Made by a program: the position numbers and the translations under genes. The notes under the pieces were generated by a model, which saw only the letters and a program-made list of their open reading frames with translations, made no database searches and had not been told where the DNA came from. A stretch of DNA of 64,000 nucleotides from the human T2T-CHM13v2.0 reference genome, Homo sapiens: NCBI RefSeq assembly GCF_009914755.1, contig NC_060929.1, one strand, 5' to 3'. Shown piece by piece: positions 35,420 to 48,466 of the stretch (positions within the stretch are counted from its first letter, which is position 1; the number at the start of each line of letters is the position of its first letter).

Positions 35420-36994
35420 AAAAGGCAAAGGACATGAACAGATATTTTCTCAAAAGAAGACACTCAAGTATATGAAAAAACACTCATCCTTACTAATCAT
35501 CAAATAAATAAATGCAAGCAAAAACCACAGTAAGATGCCATCTCACATCAGTCACAACAGCTATAATTAAAAAGTAAAAAAATTAGATGTTGGCCAGGCT
35601 GCAGAGTAAAGGGAATGCTTATACACTACTGTTGATGGAAATGTAAACTGGTTCAGGTACTGTGGAAAGTATTTTGGAGATTTCTCTAAGAACTTAAAAC
35701 AGAGATACCCTTCGACCCAGCATTCCCATTACTGGGTATATATTCAAAGGAAAATAAATTATTCTACCAGAAAAATATACATGCACTCGTACGTTCATCA
35801 GCATGTTATTCACAATAGCACAGACATGGAATGAACCTAGGTGCCCATCAAAGGTGGATTGGATAAAGAAAATGTGGTACATATACACTATGGAATACTA
35901 TGCCTCCATAAAAAAGAATGAAATTATGTCCTTTGCAGCAACATGGATGGAGCTAAGGACATAATCCTAAGCAAATTAGTGCTGGAAAAGAAAACCAGAT
36001 ACCACACATTCTCACTTATAAGTGGAACCTAAACACTGAGCACACAGGAACATTAACATGGGAACAAGACATGCTGCAGGCTACGGGGGTGGGGGAAAGA
36101 GGGGAGCATGGGCTGAATAACTACCTACTGGGTACTATGCTCACTACCAGGGTGCACTGTACAAAAGTAACAAATCTGCATATGCACTATCTGTGTCTGA
36201 AAAAAACTGAAATTATAAAAACCAAGAGAATATGTTTCTAATGAACGTAGACTTTATTTGATGGACTGGATTAGAATATAATTTTTTTTAAGGGGAAAGG
36301 CATTGGGGGATGCACAATGTCTACAGGTTTCTAAACCTCTCTGGTTTCTCACCTAATTCATAGTCTCTTATGTCATTTTCATAGTTTTCATATTCTGCCT
36401 TTCCACCTCTTCTTTTTAACAAGTAAAATTCCTCATAGCATACAAAAAAACAATTTTATAAAAAACCCATATTATAGATCAGGGACCTGTGGATTATATG
36501 CTATTAGAACTATACAAAATGTCTCTATATAGTTTTCTGTATCTTTGGAATATCTTTGGGTGAAGCTGCAGACCTTCTCGGTGAGTGTTACAGCTCTGCG
36601 CAGAGCCAAACAGTGAGCAGCAGCAAGACTGCAAAGAGCAAAAGAACAAAGCCTCCACACTGTGGAAAGGGACCCTAGCACGTTGCTGTTGCTGGCTCTG
36701 GCAGCTGCTTTTATTCCCTTATCTCACCCCACCCACATCCTGATGATCGGTCCATTTCATAGAGAGCTGATGGGTTCATTTTACAGAGAGCTGCTTGGTC
36801 TGTTTACAATCCTTTAGCTAGACACAAAAGTTCTCCAAGTCCCCACCAGATTAGCTAGACACAGAGCACTGATTAGTGCGTTCACATACCTTGAGCTAGA
36901 CACAGCATGCTGATTGGTGCATTTACAATCCTCCAGCTAGACGTAGTAAGTTCTCCAAGTACCCACCGGACTCAGGAGCCCAGCTGGCTTTGCC

Positions 36995-37670
36995 TAGTGC
37001 ATCCCGGCCGCGGGCGGAGCTGCCCGCCAGTCTCTGGCGCGCTGCCGCACTCCTCAGCCGTTGGGCGGTTGACGGGACCGGGTGCCGCGTAGCAGGAGGT
37101 GGCGCCCGTCCCCTCGGGGTGGCGCGCGGGAGCCTGCGGTTGGGGGGCGGGGGGCGGGGGGCGGGGGGCAGGGGACGGGGGCGGGGAGGAGGGTGAGGGC
37201 TCCAGCATGGCAGGCTGCAGGTCCCGAGCCCTGCCCCCTTGCCCCGCGGGGAGGTGGCTGAGGCCCAGCGAAAATTCGAGCGCGGCGCCGGCGGGCCATC
37301 ACTGTTGGAGGACCCAGTGCACCCTCCGCAGCTGCTGGCCCGGGTGCTAAGCCTCTCACTGCCCAGGGCCGGCGGCGCCAGCCGACCGCTCAAGAGTGCG
37401 GGGCGCGCCGAGCCCGCGCCCACCCGGAAGTCGCGCTGAGCCCGCGCCCACCCGGAAGTCGCGCTGGACCTGCGAGCACCGCAGGCAGCCCAGGTTCCGG
37501 CCCGCGCCTCTCCCTCCACACCTCCCCGCCAGCAGAGGGAGCCCGCTCAGGCCTCAGCCAGCACAGAGAGGGGCTCCCACGGTGCAGCTGCGGGCTGAAG
37601 GGCTCCTCAAGCGCGGCCAGAGTGGGCTGAGGCCGAGGAGGCGCCGAGAGCCAGCGAGGGATGCCAGCAA
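36995..37670. promoter_or_regulatory. CpG-island-like region within LTR12 U3 with GC boxes and two ETS motifs
   Basis: The only CpG-dense stretch in the window; GGGGCGGGG repeats at 37142-37186; CCGGAAGT at 37424-37431 and 37452-37459. Activity is inferred, not shown. Confidence 0.6.
37410..37465. repeat. 28-bp perfect tandem duplication
   Basis: GAGCCCGCGCCCACCCGGAAGTCGCGCT x2. Confidence 0.97.
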
Positions 37671-37712
37671 GCTGTCACCTCTCAGAAATACAGGAAGAAC
37701 ATCAATAATGTT

Positions 37713-37803
37713 CGAAGTTATAAAGTAGTAGGTTTCTATCAAGAGTAAAACATAAACGAAGTTATAAAGTAGTAGGTTTCTATCAAGAATAAAACATAAA
37801 CGA
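37713..37803. repeat. 44-bp tandem duplication
   Basis: CGAAGTTATAAAGTAGTAGGTTTCTATCAAGA(G/A)TAAAACATAAA x2, one mismatch. Confidence 0.97.
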
Positions 37804-38694
37804 TCAAAGAATTCCTTATAAAAACATTTTTTATTTCTAGGAATCAAAACATAAATATAAAATTTGAGAGTCCACCAAAAAAAATTAGATGCCAGATTTC
37901 ACTATAATTATCAGGGAAGCGCCCAAATGGGTTGTTTACGGCGCCTCGGGGAAACTTTCTGTTTCGTGTTAAGGGTCTTGAACCATGATGTTTAGAAAAC
38001 CATGGGCTGATGCTTTCAGAACCTCTGTGATTTTTGCCTCTGACACTGCATCCAATAGACTAGCATGTTGATTAGGGAAAGCTAAATTCAATAAAAGACG
38101 ACTGTAAGTGGGGTCACCACCTTGAGGGGTCATGTTAGAAAAGTAGATGATAAGGTGGTATTGATAGAGTATTGAAGTCTGGGCTCAAATGGTTGCCCGG
38201 GGCCTTTCAAGACCAATGACTGATAAGAATAGGTAATGTTCAGGACATAGAGTTTAGGATTGGGGGACACTGTGAGTTAAGGGCCATGACAGAAGTCTTC
38301 ATAAGTAAACTGTTAATTGACACAAGCTGCTACCTGCCCAGGTGAGCAATCTGTTGGCCCAGAGGAGAGTTGCTTACTGACATAAATTGATTTGCAGAAA
38401 TTTCCTGAAGCAAACAATAAGTTATTTATTGGTTTGCAGCCTTACTTTCCTGAAAAATAATTTTCTGGAATGAATTGTGAAATCATGTTGACACAGATGG
38501 CCTCAGGTTTCAGTTCGGATAATTAAGCTGTGTAAATATAGAAAGTCGAAGGTTTCTGGGTGCTGTTGATTCACAGTATGCAACAATGATCATATTACTT
38601 TTATTTACTATGAGCTTCAGCTGAAAATCCAAAAGAAACTTTAATTTCAGATATTTAATGAAATCATTATAGCTGTGGTAATTTCCTTTAGCTG

Positions 38695-38749
38695 GGTGTG
38701 AGTGTGTGATGTGAGCGTGTGATGTGTGTGTGTGTGTGTGTGTGTGTGT
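38695..38749. repeat. (TG)n microsatellite
   Basis: Directly visible. Confidence 0.95.
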
Positions 38750-39695
38750 ACTCTGGCAGCATATTCCAAATAATTTCTGTAAAATTTCAGTTTGAAATTA
38801 ATAGAAGACATATTAAATTGTTTAAACTCTTTGTTATTTAAATTCTATATTACTTTAGTCGATTACTCTGTATTATTACGGCAAAGCTTTGATATGTTGC
38901 CCTGAATTTAAAGAAAAGGCTGTTCGGCCTAAAAACAGGAATATTTTATTACCAAAAAGAATTAACTACCATATGTCATTTACAGAAAAGAGTAAATTCT
39001 TCAGGGCATAGAAAATACACATTTCCTTCTGTTTGTGTGGAAATAAGCAAAATACCTGTTATAATAGATTCCTCACAGAATTTTGTGAAGCTTCAGGTAA
39101 ACTTGAAAGAGAAAAATTAAAATGCTAGAGTTTCATAATTACAAATTGGGATATAAAAATAGAATAATTATTTGAATTTTGTATTTCTCTCCAGGGGATC
39201 AAAAGTAATATATAAACTTTTAATAAATATTGATATAGCTTCACGTTGACTCCATATGTGAGCAATTTGCTTTCTGTTAAATTCACAATTGCATAATTTT
39301 TTTCAGGCTGGAATGCACTTGGATGCCAGAGATTTTGATTTCTTCATGTGAAATAAGGTGATAATACATTCCAAAGTATATATTTTTTCAACTTTGAATA
39401 TATCTGGTGTATTTGGAGTAATATCTGAGTAAATACACTTATATGTAAGAGAATCAAAGGAACAAGATATTATTTTATATCCAAGGAAATTAACACTTAG
39501 AACATAAATACGTATTGCATTACTTCATATTAAAGAAATGTTTTACAAAAGAAAATAAAGGAGCTTATTTTATAGCCCCATTTCCACAAATAATAGCAAA
39601 GGTACATACACATATCTAATGTTTTACACACTCATTATTGTTTCTCTTAAAATTTGTTGCTTATACTATTTTAAAAGGCAAGCCTATAGATTGTT

Positions 39696-39721
39696 GTGTG
39701 TATATACATATACACACAACA

Positions 39722-39788
<67 letters not shown>
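39696..39788. repeat. (TG)n(TA)n microsatellite
   Basis: Directly visible. Confidence 0.95.
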
Positions 39789-39791
<3 letters not shown>

Positions 39792-42269
39792 CAAGCAAGA
39801 GAATGGGCCTCTTCCTGCTGAGGTTTAACATTTGCATGTATATGTATATTTTGATTCACATAGACTTATTGTTCTTTAATTACATGAACAGTGATTCCTG
39901 GTTACATTATTGGAAAATGGAAGCAATGCTCAAAGAGCATCACCTAAATTTCCATCATATTTTGCTCTCAATATATTTTGTACATCCAAATATATTGTGA
40001 TTAATCTGCATACATTTTTGCTGTTCTAGGTGACGCTGGTATGAGGCTAGGTAATACACGACCTTAGTCTGCATGTTGTACTTGTGTAACACACATAATT
40101 TTACAGTGCTAACAGGTGCTATAATAACTAACTATAGTTAATGATGAATGAAAGAAGGAAGATGTTAAGATGTTAGGGAAGGACTCAAAAGATGCAGTGC
40201 TTGAGTTAGAATTTTAAGGGAGATTATGCAAAAGCAGTCACTTAAGGTGGGTCGGGATGATCTAGAATGTGGGAATGATGTATGCAAAGTCACACAGGAG
40301 AGATACAGCATGCATGTTTAGAAAATTGTTGATTACATATGGAAAGTTTGCAGGACTTGCATCCTAGAATGTCAGGATTTTAAGCTAAGTAGGGTTCAAA
40401 TTAAATTTTTCACATACTTCGCTGCATTATAATAACTAGTTTATGTTTAACTCATCCACTAAACTAAGTTATTTGAAAAGAGATGCCAGTGTTCACTCAA
40501 TCTAGTTGTCTGTCATTAATAATTTAAAAATAATTGAGATTTTAATTTTGGTCTGCTAAGCCTGTTTAATTAAAATTTGACGTTAAATAAGATTTTACAG
40601 GCCTCATTTTTTTTTCAGTCATCACAGTTTGAATATTAAACATTACTACTTTTATCTCCCTCAGTCAGCATAAAACATACTACTTATGGTTTTAATAACC
40701 AAATTCAATGAGCACCAACAAAATTTGATGTAACTATTAACTTTGAAATTTTGTTGAAATAGAACTATGCCTTGGGTATCATTCAAAGCATTTAATTGTT
40801 GCAATAAAAAACTTTGAGATAAATTGAAATGATGGACAATATGGGTCGAAAGCAACACTGGCTTGAGGGAATAGGCTAATGTTTGAGAACAGAATTGTTA
40901 AGGACAAGATTGGATGTTTATATTATTTTAGGAAAGATACACTCTAATGGAGTTTAATTCTAAAATGTTTAATATTATGAAAATATTATATGTTATATGA
41001 TCATTATAGAAAATTAAAAATATAAGAACATCAGAAGCAAAATAGTCAAAGTCTACCTAAACCCAATTAGAAGTGAATACTATTAATCTTGATTTGCATG
41101 TTTCTAATCTTATTATTATCAAATTAATAAACAGCTTTCAGATATTCTGCTTCTCCCTGTTACTAGATCAGGATAATGTCATTTATGTACAGGCATCTCC
41201 TGCTTACTCAGTTCAGCATTGATCAATAAATATTTTAGACTTCCATTCAAAACACTTCCATTTTTCTTTTGCCCATATTCTTTTTATTCAGTGCTGCCTG
41301 TTTTCAAATACACAACACTTTGTCAAACAAATTCCAACATTAGATTGGATATAGTTGGTATCAAAGTAGTAATACACATTGCCATTCCTAATCCTCAGTG
41401 CATTGATCCTGAAAATTATTTGTAAGAATAGAAAAATACTGGATATTTCAAATTAAGTCTCATTTTGTTGCTTACCCATGAAAGACTGGAATTAACCAAC
41501 ATAACCATTACAAGGTGATTGAGCAAATGAATAGATGGAAAATATTATAGAAACTTTACTGCAGTTCATCAACCATTGTGGTCATTAGGCCGTAGGAAAA
41601 TACAGTGTGACAGTACCCCTGTCTTCTTTTCCATTTGTTAAGTCTCATATCCAAGTAACAGTGGGTAGACCTTATGAGAACCCAAAGTGAGATAAAAATA
41701 ATTTTTGGCTTTTCAATGTATCTTATTTGATCTAAGAGGTATTTCCCCGACTTTGATGCAATAATTCTTGTCACAAAATTTGACTTTACTGAAGACCGTT
41801 TTAAGGATCTTTGCAGCTGACAGCAGTGACTTTTTTACCTCCTACAAAGTTTCAACTGACAGTCTTATTGTCTCTGACTTTCCCAAATTAATGACATAAT
41901 TAGTCACCAGGGCTTTGGCTGCTCAATAGGGATTTAGTAAGCAATGAGTCATATGTTGGGGAACACTTCAACAAACAAAATGTTGGCAGAGAAAGATGTA
42001 TGAATCAGCTAGGAAGAAACACTATTCTATCACTGAGGATCTTTCTAATATTAGATATCACAGAAAAATTTTCATATAGATTACCATATGAGTGAGCCAA
42101 AACCTCTAGGAACAAAAAAGCTTAGTATAATTATAACTCCTTGCCATGATTTAACTTAAAATTTCTTTACTTATTTAGCAATTCTATAAACAAGAATCAT
42201 TTCTGTTAAGGATACTAAGGAGAGTGTTCCTATTGAATCAGAACATTTAAAACAAATAATTGAGGGAAC

Positions 42270-43600
42270 TCACACATGTAAAACGTCATTAACCAAACTA
42301 AAATAAAATGTGAGGGCATAAACTTAACCAGAAATGTTTAAAACCTATATATAAAAAAAACTAGAAAACACTTCTGAATGGCACAAATTTGGACTTGAGC
42401 ACGGGGAAAGAAATTCCATGCTCTTGAAAAAGCCTTAAAATCATAAATGTGCCAGTTCTTTAAATAAACTTATATCTTCTGTGTCATAACAAAACGACAT
42501 TTTCTAGAATTTCTTTTTCCAGATTTAGAAAAATAGACAAATTTACTTGGAGGAATAAAGAAGCAAGAATAGCTAGAAATATCCTATAAAATCAATGGAA
42601 TTTGGAGTCAATACAAAATATTAAGCAATTCTTAAAGCTTCTATGATTAAAATGAGTTATAACTACAGATAGATGAAGATCATATAGAAAATCAAGACAT
42701 TGACAGATATGGAAAGGTGGTATATAATGAAAACATTTCAGATCAATGAGGGGGAAATGTTAACCGGAAAAGAATATTAAAAAGGCAATGAACTCAATAA
42801 GACAACAAGAAGCAAACCACAGAAAAATAACTGGACTGGATTAGAAAGAAAATATCTTAGACACTTCAAAAATAAAATATTCAAATAACCAATGAACTTA
42901 TTAAAAGGTTTTTATTTATATTGGTTACCTGAAAAAATAATTCAAACCACAATGAGATGTAAGTACTTGTCATTCAGAATCCTGAATTTGAAAGGAATAT
43001 TTTAGAATTCTAAGTTGAAGAGAAAGTGCAAAGTATTGATGAGAATGTTGACTAATTAGAACACTCAAATTGATGTTATTGGCATAACTTAGTTCAAATA
43101 ATTTGGATAAAGATATGTATTAGGCCCCAAAATTCTACTTGTAAAGATGGTTTCTCCAGAAATGCATGCATATATATAGCTAAAAAAAAATGTGTACTCA
43201 TGAAAACACTTTTCAGAATAACACCAAAATAACCCCAAACTGTGGCCCAAAAGTGGACTAAAATACTTATAAAGAGTACAGTAAACAAATAAGTTGTAAT
43301 ATGATCACCTAATAAAATATTAGAGAAATAAATATAAATAGTTTCATTTGCAGGTCATATAGTCAATTCGTCTCACAAATATAATATTAAGCAAAAAAAT
43401 GTGGTTCAAAACACTACACACACTATTTGATTCCTTACTGGTAAAAGTTAGAATAGTGTTATGTTAGGAGGGATGGGTGGAAATCAGGTGTGTGACTATT
43501 ACATTTTCTTATTCTGGATGATCATAGTATTTTAAAACTCACTAAGCTTTAAACTTATGTGCATTTACCCATGTGTATACAATACTTTAATAGAAGCTTC
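42270..43600 (+). mobile_element. Ancient L1M (L1ME/MD-like) ORF2-3'UTR fragments
   Basis: A-rich degraded ORF2-like motifs (GGCATAAACTTAACCAGAAATG, AATTCCATGCTCTTG, TTCAAACCACAATGAGATG). Confidence 0.6.
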
Positions 43601-44531
43601 AAATCAATGAGAAAACATGAAACTGTCTGATGGAAAAATAGCTTGAGGAAATGAACAGGTATGGCAGAAAAGAAGGGCTGCATATAGTTTAAAAACTTGA
43701 AGAGATGTTTAATCTCTTTGCAAATAGAAAAACATACGCATTTAAATTGAAATACCATTTTCATGTTCCAAAATTAAAATTATTAGAAATATGATGGTAA
43801 ACAGTGATGGTAATATGGGAGAAAGGAAACATCCTAGGCAATTTGGCTAAGCTTTTCTGAGAAAGATTTAGGCAATATGCCATTAAAAGATTTAATGTGA
43901 ACAAATGGGAAATTTGCCCACATAAATAAATGGAAAGATACTCTATTTTTCCTAATTTAATCTGAAAATACCTAAGCCCCTGATATTTTTCTAAAAACTG
44001 GAATGTCCCTGTGGTCATTGGGTTTTAGAGACATAATTTTCACTGCGATGGTCATAATTTTAAAAGGTTGCATCATCCATTTTTAGTTAACATATATTGT
44101 ACTAACATCACATATCTATGTAACAGAAAAATAGAGTCAACTCATGTAGGGACAGACATGAAAATGACAAATACATATAGAGATAGAAAGGTATCTTGTG
44201 CATTATACTGAGAAAGACAATAGAAATAAACAATTTACATGGGTTGATTTATTTTGATTAAGATATATAAGTGGTTAGATAAATGTTAAATAGGTCAGTA
44301 TGTAATTACAGAAAATGACAAATTGTTATGTATGGTACATTTGTAGGCATAACACAGACATTACATTTTGGAAAATTGTGTTCTATGCAACAGTGCCAAG
44401 TCTAATGAAAGTAAGAGGAAGAGGAATTCAGCCAAAGTACCAACCCCTGTTATCCATTCCTTAAGAAAGGAACTTCTTTATACACTCAAAAGAGGGGATT
44501 CTTTTTAAATTTGTTTCCAGAGGGGCATCTG

Positions 44532-44582
<51 letters not shown>

Positions 44583-44690
44583 TTACATTATATTTAAATG
44601 TGTGTGCATGATATATATATATACATGTATTTATTTATTTAATATATATGTGTTATCTGGGTCCTATATAGGAACACACACACACACACA
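44532..44690. repeat. (CA)n/(TA)n low-complexity cluster
   Basis: Directly visible. Confidence 0.9.
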
Positions 44691-44987
44691 TTTTGAATCA
44701 AACACTCTTTCGTATAATTTTGGTGACAAACGTATGCAATAAATGAGAATACTTTAACTTTCCAAAAAGCTATTCAAAAGTATAATTTTCAAATAAAATA
44801 TATGTTTGTATGACAACAAATGATTTTTTATAAATAATATATTCTGCATTATCAATCTGCCACTGGTTTTTATTAAATAAAAAAACCTGTAAGTTTGTAT
44901 GCTCTTAAAATACATATAACATTTGTAAGAATAGTTTTTGTGTAAAAATAATTATAGTTCACTATAACTATGTTAAAAATAGACATA

Positions 44988-45270
44988 GCCAGGCAAGTCG
45001 CTCATGCCTGTAACCCAGCACTTTGGTAGGCTGAGGCGGGCAGATCACTTGAGGCCAGGAGTTCAAGACCAGTCTGGCCAACATAGCGAAACCCCATCTC
45101 TAATAAAAATACAAAAATTAGCCGGGCATGGTGGCCCATACCTTGTAATGCCAGCTACTCAGGAAGCTGTGGCAGGAAGATTGCTGGAACCCGAGAGGCG
45201 GAGTCTGCAGTGAGACAAGATCATGCCACTGCACTCCAACCTGGGTAACAGAGTGAGACTCTGTCTCAAA

Positions 45271-45304
<34 letters not shown>

Positions 45305-45305
45305 G
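44988..45305 (+). mobile_element. AluS (Sz/Sx-like) with TSD
   Basis: Full dimer plus A-tail; TSD AAAAATAGACA at 44975-44985 and 45306-45316. Confidence 0.95.
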
Positions 45306-46726
45306 AAAAATAGACACAGATGAAGGGTGTCTTTGATTATGCAAATAGATTACCCATCTTGTACTCACTGTGTTTATTTCAATAAATGATCCACAGAATA
45401 TGCTACTTTTGATTTATAGTTTTCTTCTCCTTCACCGCTGTGGACTGGGAAAATATTTCTTATTATTTCTGCTGCAGAGTAGCAAAAAATTATGAGCCAG
45501 AAGGAAGACCACTACAACAAGCAAAATCTCTGAGTAATCATAAAATGAAGAACTATTTCCTGTTGGGATTCACTGTGACGAATTTGATTTTAAATTCTTG
45601 ATGTTGGCATTTTATTTTTAAAACTTAGCTTTCTTGCCTATTCTGAAATTGTCAAAAATTCAGAAAAACAATCATGATCATTTGCTTGCTGACCAGTGGA
45701 GACCTACTGATTTTTAGGCTGTGAGACTACAGTAATAAATAAATAAAAAAGTTCATACTTCCTTCTATCGAGGGAAATTGAGCATTTTTCTCATAGTCCT
45801 AAATCACCAGATCAAGGGATATATGTAATACTTGAGTGTTGACATTTTATTAATTTTTATATTTAACTAGAGCTGTAAAGTTGAAACAAATGGGTCAATG
45901 CAGTAGCCCATAAAATATTTTAAAAACACATAAAAGAAATATCACTAAAATTTAAACATAAAAAAAATACAAAAAAACCCTGAGCTATAGGAAGGGAAGT
46001 ATCCTCTAAATGCCCAAGTTGAAGGTAGTCCTCTTAGAAAGGGACAGTAAGAAGCAGTGTTTGATGGGAACGTGATTTTTCAAGTATTTGAATTTTCAAA
46101 CTCACCACATTAACTGAGTAAAATGAAAAAAATATATAAACTTCCTCTGAGGCAGAAAAAACATTTGGCATTTTCAAGATAGAATTATAATAAAAATATC
46201 TCGCCCCAATAGAATACAAAGAAGCATCCTTAAGCAAATAGAAGGCATCTACGGAAATATCACACTGAAGTTTGAACTAATAAATTATTCATTTAAGATC
46301 CAGAAGAAGACAAAGTGTCCTCTTTCACTATTGTTCTCTCTACTGTATGGGAGGAATTAACCAGTGAGACAAATCAAATAAATAAGTAAAACATACACAG
46401 TTAAGAAATGAAAAATACAATTCTAAATTTTTAAACAACTCCATTACCTACACATAAACTTCTAGTGACTGTAAAAATCAGCTGCTGGAATAAACTAGTA
46501 ATTTTAGCCACATCATAGAAAAAATAAGTCAACCCATTAACTTATTTCTATATATTTCCAATGAGCAATTAATGATAAAAATCAAATCCATGTAAAATAC
46601 TAATAAAAATAAAATATGTATATATGATTTTAACAAATTACATGCAAGATCTCTCTAAATAGGAAACTAGCAAAAGTGTTGGGAGATGTAGGAAAGTTCT
46701 AAATAAATGGAGTCGCATACAATAAT

Positions 46727-47147
46727 TGATGGTTTTGATGTGTGTCCCTGCCCAAATCTGGTATGATGTAATCTCCAATGTTAGAGGTGAGGCCTGATGG
46801 GAGGTGATTGGATCATGGGGTGGATTTCTCATGAGTGGTTCAGCATCATCCCTCTTGATACTGTTCTCATAATAGTGAGTGAGTGAGTTCTCATGAGATC
46901 TGGTCATTTAAAAGTGTGTAGCAGCTTCCCCTTTCACTCTCTTGCTGTTCTGGCCATGTGACGTGCCTGTCCCCCTTTGCTTTCTGCCATGATTGTGCGT
47001 TTCCTGAGTCTTCCCAGAAGCTAAGTAGATGCCAGCATCATCCTTCCTGTATAGCCTGCAGAACAGTGGGGCAATTAAACCTCTTTTCTTCATAAATTGT
47101 TGAATCTTCTGTATTTCTCTATAGCAATGCCGGAACAAACTAATACA
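46727..47147 (+). mobile_element. MSTB-like MaLR solo LTR
   Basis: GGGAGGTGATTGGATCATGGGG...AGATGCCAGCATCATCCTTCCTGTATAGCCTGCAGAAC...ACTAATACA; perfect TSD ATAAT. Confidence 0.92.
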
Positions 47148-48274
47148 ATAATCATGGCTTGAAAGTTCAGTGAATTTTAGTGTGTAAAAGGTTTTGGTTT
47201 TTCCAAATTAATCATTCTAGAAATCCTCACCATAATCACAAAAGATATTTTTATATAAATTGACACACTGATTTAAAAATGTACATCAAGAGAGCAAAAA
47301 CAAATGATAGAAAGCTGAAAAAAAAGTTGGAATACTCACACTTCCTAACACCATGCAATAACTTAAAGCTATAGTCATCGAGAGAATGTGTTATTAGTAT
47401 ATGGATAAACAATTAGAGTAATGGAATGGAATAGAGTTCACAAATAGATCCATGCTTATATGAATAATATAATATCAAAGATACTGCAGTTATTCAAAGG
47501 GGAAAGATAATTTTATTTAACAAAGTGTGCAGAACTACGAGATAAATGTGAAGAAAACAAACCTCAAGTCCTTCCTCACAACAAAAGCGTGAATGAGTTC
47601 AAAATTAAAGGAGTCCAAAATATATTATGGAACAATGTGTAAAAGTGAAAGCATAGGCTTCAAATATAAAGCACAGAAAATGTCTTAGTAAACTACATGA
47701 AAGCATTTCTTTTTATCCAAACTGTGGATACATTTCTTTTTATTCAGAAAGCAATAATTATATAATGATAAACTACAGAAATGTGTAAATATATTTATAC
47801 TTTAATGTTTATTTTTAATTACACAATTATATATACTATTTATTATGAATAAGAGCAAGAATATATAAATATAATGTACAACATAGAAACAAGAGAGCTA
47901 TAAAAACTAACAGATGCTACACAAAAATGATATAATAGCAAATAAGCAAATGAAAAATTTCTTAATATCGTTAGTAATAAAAAATAAAATGAGATAATTA
48001 TACACATCTACTAGAAAAGCTACTATTTTAAAAATTGTGTTACCAATATTTGGCATAGATGTCAAGAAACCAGACTCTAGAGTTTGCATACATTGACGGT
48101 GGGAGTGTAACACAGTACAGCTACTTTGGATAACTAAATCTACCTTACATGTACCAATTCTACCCCTAGGCATTTATCCTAGGGGGGAGAAAAGCATAAG
48201 TCTGTAAAAAGGCTTGCACAAGTACCTTTATTCATTATTGTCAAAAACAGACACCATGCAACTGTCCACCAAGA

Positions 48275-48466
48275 GCGGCGTTCTCAAGTTCAGCACTATT
48301 AGCTGTTGAAGTGGCTTAATTCTTTGTTGTGGGGAGCTATCCTTTGTGGAACCCTGGCCTGTGGACACTCTATCCCCTCCTCCACAAACCTCTGATAACC
48401 AGAAGTGTCCCCAAACATTGGAAATGTCCCCTGGCAGGTAAAATGTCCCTCATTTGAGAACCTCTG
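48275..48466. mobile_element. MER20 hAT fossil
   Basis: GTTCTCAAGTTCAGCACTATT...AATTCTTTGTTGTGGGG...ACATTGGAAATGTCCCCTGG...TTGAGAACCTCTG. Confidence 0.8.

Larger units (their letters stand above)
29795..36220 (+). mobile_element. Near full-length old L1 (L1PA15/16-like), decayed ORF1 and ORF2, with two nested insertions
   Basis: ORF1-like region at ~30.5-31.4 kb, EN motif ITVGDFNTP (ORF 31884-32099), RT region at ~33.1-33.8 kb, 3' end GGGTACTATGCTCACTACC...GTAACAAATCTGCATATG. Confidence 0.9.
36560..37684 (-). mobile_element. ERV9 solo LTR (LTR12 family, D/E-like), 3' end truncated
   Basis: ...GCTGTCACCTCTCA terminus, GCTAGACACAGAGCACTGATT-type enhancer repeats, CTTTTATTCCCTTATCT TATA region, GAAGCTGCAGACCTTC. 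Confidence 0.95.

Noticed and set aside
37713-37803. CRISPR-like direct repeats (also 53531-53613 and 37410-37465)
   Set aside because: Only two head-to-tail units, no spacers, no cas genes, and a eukaryotic context.
36907-37847. Pro/Arg/Gly-rich ORFs up to 198 aa
   Set aside because: Stop-poor frames expected in GC-rich LTR12 sequence; no protein family similarity seen.
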